A DNA stretch of 64,000 nucleotides from Squalus acanthias (lineage: Eukaryota): NCBI GenBank assembly GCA_030390025.1, contig CM059425.1:70494001-70558000 (forward strand), in the 5' to 3' direction. The notes below the pieces were generated by a model. The model had not been told where the DNA came from. It made no database searches and saw nothing but the letters and a program-made list of their open reading frames with translations. Position numbers and translations under genes: made by a program. Numbering within the stretch: the stretch's first letter is position 1; each line of letters starts with the position of its first letter. This document shows positions 49,363 to 64,000 of this stretch, in pieces.

Positions 49363-52300
49363 TCTTATGTCTCTGTGGAACATTTTTCAATATTAAATGC
49401 AAGTTGTTGTAACCAGAAATGTACTAGTATTAGTCGGAGGGCTCCTGTCACTTCGAACTCTCTTGTTTTTTGTTCAGCAAGTTTTGCTGGTTCTGAATGG
49501 GATGCACTGCAGCACAATAGAGACTTTTATCATCTCTAGAGGGAAGAAAAAAAACCTGATATTTTCTATCTTTCCCTACTTGAATGATGTGTTATCATTA
49601 GAACAGACATGAAGAAGTCCGGTGTCAACACCATCTGCTTTCCTAATTTGAAAGAGCCCTTTGAATGGGCGGGGGTGGTGGGATGGGGGCTGAACTGAGG
49701 GGCACAAGTGCTATGTAAATGCAAGGACAAAGTCATATTGATGTAGATGGTTCAACAACATGCAATTCAGACTGTGCTGTTCAAAAAAAAAATTATGCAA
49801 CATAAGGTGGTACTTAAACCTTTGATTCTTGTGCTTATGTACAACATATGCATGTGCAAGCAAGATTTGAGTTTTACAGATGGAAAGCTAAAGTATTGGT
49901 AAGGAAGCTTGAACATGGGATCAAATCACAGAATACAAGATGGGGCATGAGTTGTCAGTTGGCTGGATGCAGCAAAGATTTTGGAACCAGCAATGGTCAA
50001 TGAGGGATGCAGAGGAACATACTAATCATCTGTACTGGCTAAGGTCAGGTGTTTCTGGTTCTGAAAAATGGCACTTTAATTATGCCAATTCAGGTGGAAA
50101 TTATAACAGTAATTGGCAGCTATTTCTGGACTTTTTTTTGTAGTTTATTGTTAAGATTACATTTCTCAAAGGAATGATTTCTGCAAAATCAGAAGTGGTA
50201 TTTATCACAGAAGTGGTAGTTATTTGCTGCTACAGTGTCATAGTAAAAGGACTGGGTTAACCCTAGGACTCAGTACAATGACCTAACAACAACGCAATCC
50301 CCTAATTAGCTGTCAATTAGCATTATTAAAATGAGGCCAATCATTTCATCTGCACAATGTTTCAATTTCACCAAGTGCCTTTAGGTCACATAAGCCACTA
50401 GTGTTGAGTTAGGACAGTTAGTATAACCTTTCGTAACATGTCTCTCTATATATTGCCTTCCTACTTTGGCTAATTCTTTAGTTACTGTTAAGAAGTCAGT
50501 AAATGGAATCCATGTGCTGTTTGCATCACCACAAGTTGGAGATGTAGCAGATTGCAGTATAAACACACTGGGGTATAAGTCACTGAACTCTAGTGTTCCT
50601 CTCATAGCAAATTGATAGCATAATTTTATTATGCTCTGAACAATGACTACAGGGAATGTGCAAGATCTGCACAGCTCTACATATAATCCATTTGACTAAA
50701 TGTAACACTTCCATTAGATGAGTGTATAATGAAAGCAGTACTGGATGCCAGCAAGGACTATAACATTTCAGTTTTCAGATCTTGTCAAAAGGGCACACAA
50801 TAAATCATACATATAGCTTATTAAATGTCATAGGCAGGTGATCCAACAGGGAGCACAAGGAGGGTGCTTATATTGCAAGATGACTTCTCTGTCATGTGAT
50901 ATGTATTCTTCCGAGCGCTAAGGTCAGAAATTCTTTCCATGGATTTTAATAAGCTACTTATTACCGTCTTTCGATGCTAATTATTTGATATATCCTTTTG
51001 GTAACCATCTATTAATATTGAAGTGGTAGCCATATTTTAACAATGATTGGGTAATAACAATCATTGTTCATTTTTATATAATTGATAATGTAATTCTAGT
51101 GAAAAAGTGGGAAGATTCTATTGTCGGGATAGAATGAAAGAGATCTAGAAAAATTTGGTTATTAATTTTTACCCCCTATATGTTGTGGGGATAAAATGGC
51201 ACTTTTTACATTTATGATATTAAGTGATTTCTAATAACCAATATCAGGCCCTTAATATATTTTTTCTCAAAAGAAAACTGTTGATTAATTACCATATTAA
51301 ATCTTAAAGTGAAGGTTTATTATAAATATCTAAGTTCCTTCACTGTCATCTTGTGCCGAGTTTAAAAATAAATCAAATATTACGTAATTAAAAGGCATGT
51401 ACTGGTGACAGGTAAGCTCATAAAATAAACTATCAACCATAATACGCATATGCAGGAAAGACCCATCTCTTTGTACCATATGCAGCCATGCTGCACAGCC
51501 CAATTTAGAGCATTATCACTTCTGTTAACATTAACAAAGACGAATTAAATTACCAGCTTTTTTTATTCAATTGCATGGTTCGCAGTTTAGACTATGTACT
51601 AACCACTGCATAACCCAGAAAGATAAACTGAATCTGTACATGCATGCAAAATTTGGTGTCTGTCATCATTCATCATATATAAGGATAAGATAAATTTCAC
51701 ACCATATGCCATTAAACACTGATTCTTGCCAAAAGCCTGGATGTAACCACCGCAATATTTTCCCATGAGTCACAATTGAATCCAAAGATGTTTTCACAAC
51801 AATCAGATAAACTCAAAAAGAAACAGTAATTTGACACTACGGAGCAAAACCTCAGTCTTCAGGTATCATGTGATTTTAAATCCCAGATAGTACTAAAATT
51901 CCCCTAAGTGAGCACACCCTAGAGAATTAAGTAAATCTTTCTTTCTAAATTTAGAACTGAAACAAAAGATAAAAGGTAAAAATGCACCTGACTATATGTA
52001 AAGTAAAATCTTTTACCTCTCTCTTTATTTTTGCATAGAAGCCTTGACAATATTTCTCACTTCACTTTATCCAGCACAGTCTAAACATTGCTCACTATCC
52101 TTTTTTTTTGCCTCTTAACAACTGAACATTAGGTAAACTCCAAGGGATCACAAACCCAGTGTTTCAGCCGTCTGAGAATGATGCGCCACTTGCTAATATC
52201 AAAACAGAGCTTCCTTGTGGCTTCTCCACGCCGTGATTGTGCTGCTGAGACAAAGGAATGATTCAGCATCTCCTTTCATGTGGCTGCTGGAAACTAGAAA

Positions 52301-53012
52301 CGACTGCTTCAGTCCACTGTCACTGACCATTAATTTGCTGATATCAAATAAGGGAGCTGTTCAAATTGATTACAGCACTTCTGCAAAACACTCTTTAGCT
52401 TGGTAAGCAGGAATTTAATTTGAATGTATTTTTATAGCTATTTAGTAGCCTTTTCCATTTTTAAAAGAAAGTGTACTTTTGTGGCGTCTAATCAGAATAT
52501 GATCCAGTACTTGAAGCCACCTGTCCAATGTTTACAAATGTGGACCCTTGCATCACCTTTGACCTTTAGCTTGCCAACCTGTATCTATTTTTTTTTCAAA
52601 AATGACAATGTCAGCTGATAACCATGCAGCCTTTAATGTTTGAGTAGCTGAGCTCTTAACATTGTCAGTTCTTTAGGATATACTAAATTATTAATTTGGT
52701 ACAAGATGTATCAGATCTGACATAATATAAACTCGTAAAATTAAAATACTTAATTGAACCAACAGCTTTAACTGCTCTTGAACTCATTGCATTCATGCAG
52801 CCAATTCAAACATAAACATAATAATTGAATTTTAAGGAAGATGATTTTTTTTTAAATATAAAACAATTCGGTAATTTTTTTGATCTTCAGTACAGCAGTT
52901 TATTTCTGCATAAGTCACCCTGACAGAATCTAAGCAACTCAATTTTCTGCTCTGTAGCTAGGCACATTGCCTTCTACATAGCACTAGCATGAAAAGGCCC
53001 TGGCTAAGCTTT

Positions 53013-53247
53013 NNNNNNNNNNNNNNNNNNNNNNNNNNNNNNNNNNNNNNNNNNNNNNNNNNNNNNNNNNNNNNNNNNNNNNNNNNNNNNNNNNNNNNNN
53101 NNNNNNNNNNNNNNNNNNNNNNNNNNNNNNNNNNNNNNNNNNNNNNNNNNNNNNNNNNNNNNNNNNNNNNNNNNNNNNNNNNNNNNNNNNNNNNNNNNNN
53201 NNNNNNNNNNNNNNNNNNNNNNNNNNNNNNNNNNNNNNNNNNNNNNN
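53013..53247. other. Assembly gap (235 N)
   Basis: Run of N. Confidence 1.
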
Positions 53248-53974
53248 CAGGCACGGAGTCCGATAAACCTAAAAGCTTCGTTAATGTCTGCCTGCCTGTA
53301 TCCCACAGATAGAGCACTTTGTAAATGAACCTGCTTTGATAAATATATTAAGGAAAGCTGCGAATAAAAGGAAAGTCTTCTCATTTGTAAATACAACCTC
53401 TGCTACATGGAATTATAATGATAAAATGGGGTTCCATGTAATTAAGTTTGTATAAGACCTGAAATCCGTGCAAATACCTTCCCTGAATTTTGAAAGGAAA
53501 CTGTCAGTTCAATTAATCTGAACATCACCCGAGAATGTACTGAACAAAATTAAGCTGCAGATAAAGCCCGGGCCAGTATTTTGATAAGTAATTCCTGTAT
53601 CATTTCTTTGGTACTGTGATCATTTTATTTAATCCAACCTCCCCCACATCCCCCCACCCCTACCATTCAAAGTTATGTGTTAAGCCATCTACAAAGGGAC
53701 AACTAGTATGACTGCAGTGGCGGTAATCCGTCATATCACACATGTAAAATGGAGGAAAAAAATCCATTTTTAAAAAAATGATCAAAAAGGAAAATCAATA
53801 TCATATTTTAAATACTACTGCATTTCAAAATGGGACAATGCAATGCCTCGTATCCAGCACACCAGAGCCAAAGTTGCATGTTTGTGGGCTAAATAGTTTT
53901 GCGTCTCAAAAAGATGGGGTTAGTTACAAATCAAAGAGCGTCGCCAGAGAAAAAAGGCAGAGATAAGTCACTCA

Positions 53975-64000
<10,026 letters not shown>

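Noticed and set aside
52958-53396. ORFs spanning the N run
   Set aside because: Artefacts of the assembly gap.

Overview
Vertebrate genomic DNA, most likely a cartilaginous fish (inferred from its CR1/L2 LINE, Deu-type tRNA-SINE and Penelope repeats). The window holds the 3' half of the TALE homeobox gene Meis2 on the minus strand: exon 9 (54052-53976), exon 10 (26880-26822, GC donor), exon 11 (two acceptors, 24631 and 24610), alternative exon 12a (24221-24126) and terminal exon 12b (from 21831), with a 1-2 kb 3'UTR. Positions 1-11 kb are TE-dense and include a Penelope element with inverted repeats, an open GIY-YIG frame and two minimal hammerhead ribozymes. Positions ~11-25 kb lack recognisable TEs and contain a CpG-retaining zone with a strong CTCF motif downstream of the gene. 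The most interesting signals are: (i) an in-frame extension of exon 10 beyond the GC donor, ending in an overlapping GT donor, stop codon and AATAAA; (ii) two intronic composite DR2+DR5 retinoic-acid-response-like elements with the same architecture; (iii) candidate unannotated 45-nt and 20-nt exons; (iv) a 36-bp x31 minisatellite apparently assembled from its own flanks. No prokaryotic systems or CRISPR arrays are present. All calls were made by eye; no searches were run, and most ORFs in the supplied track are spurious.
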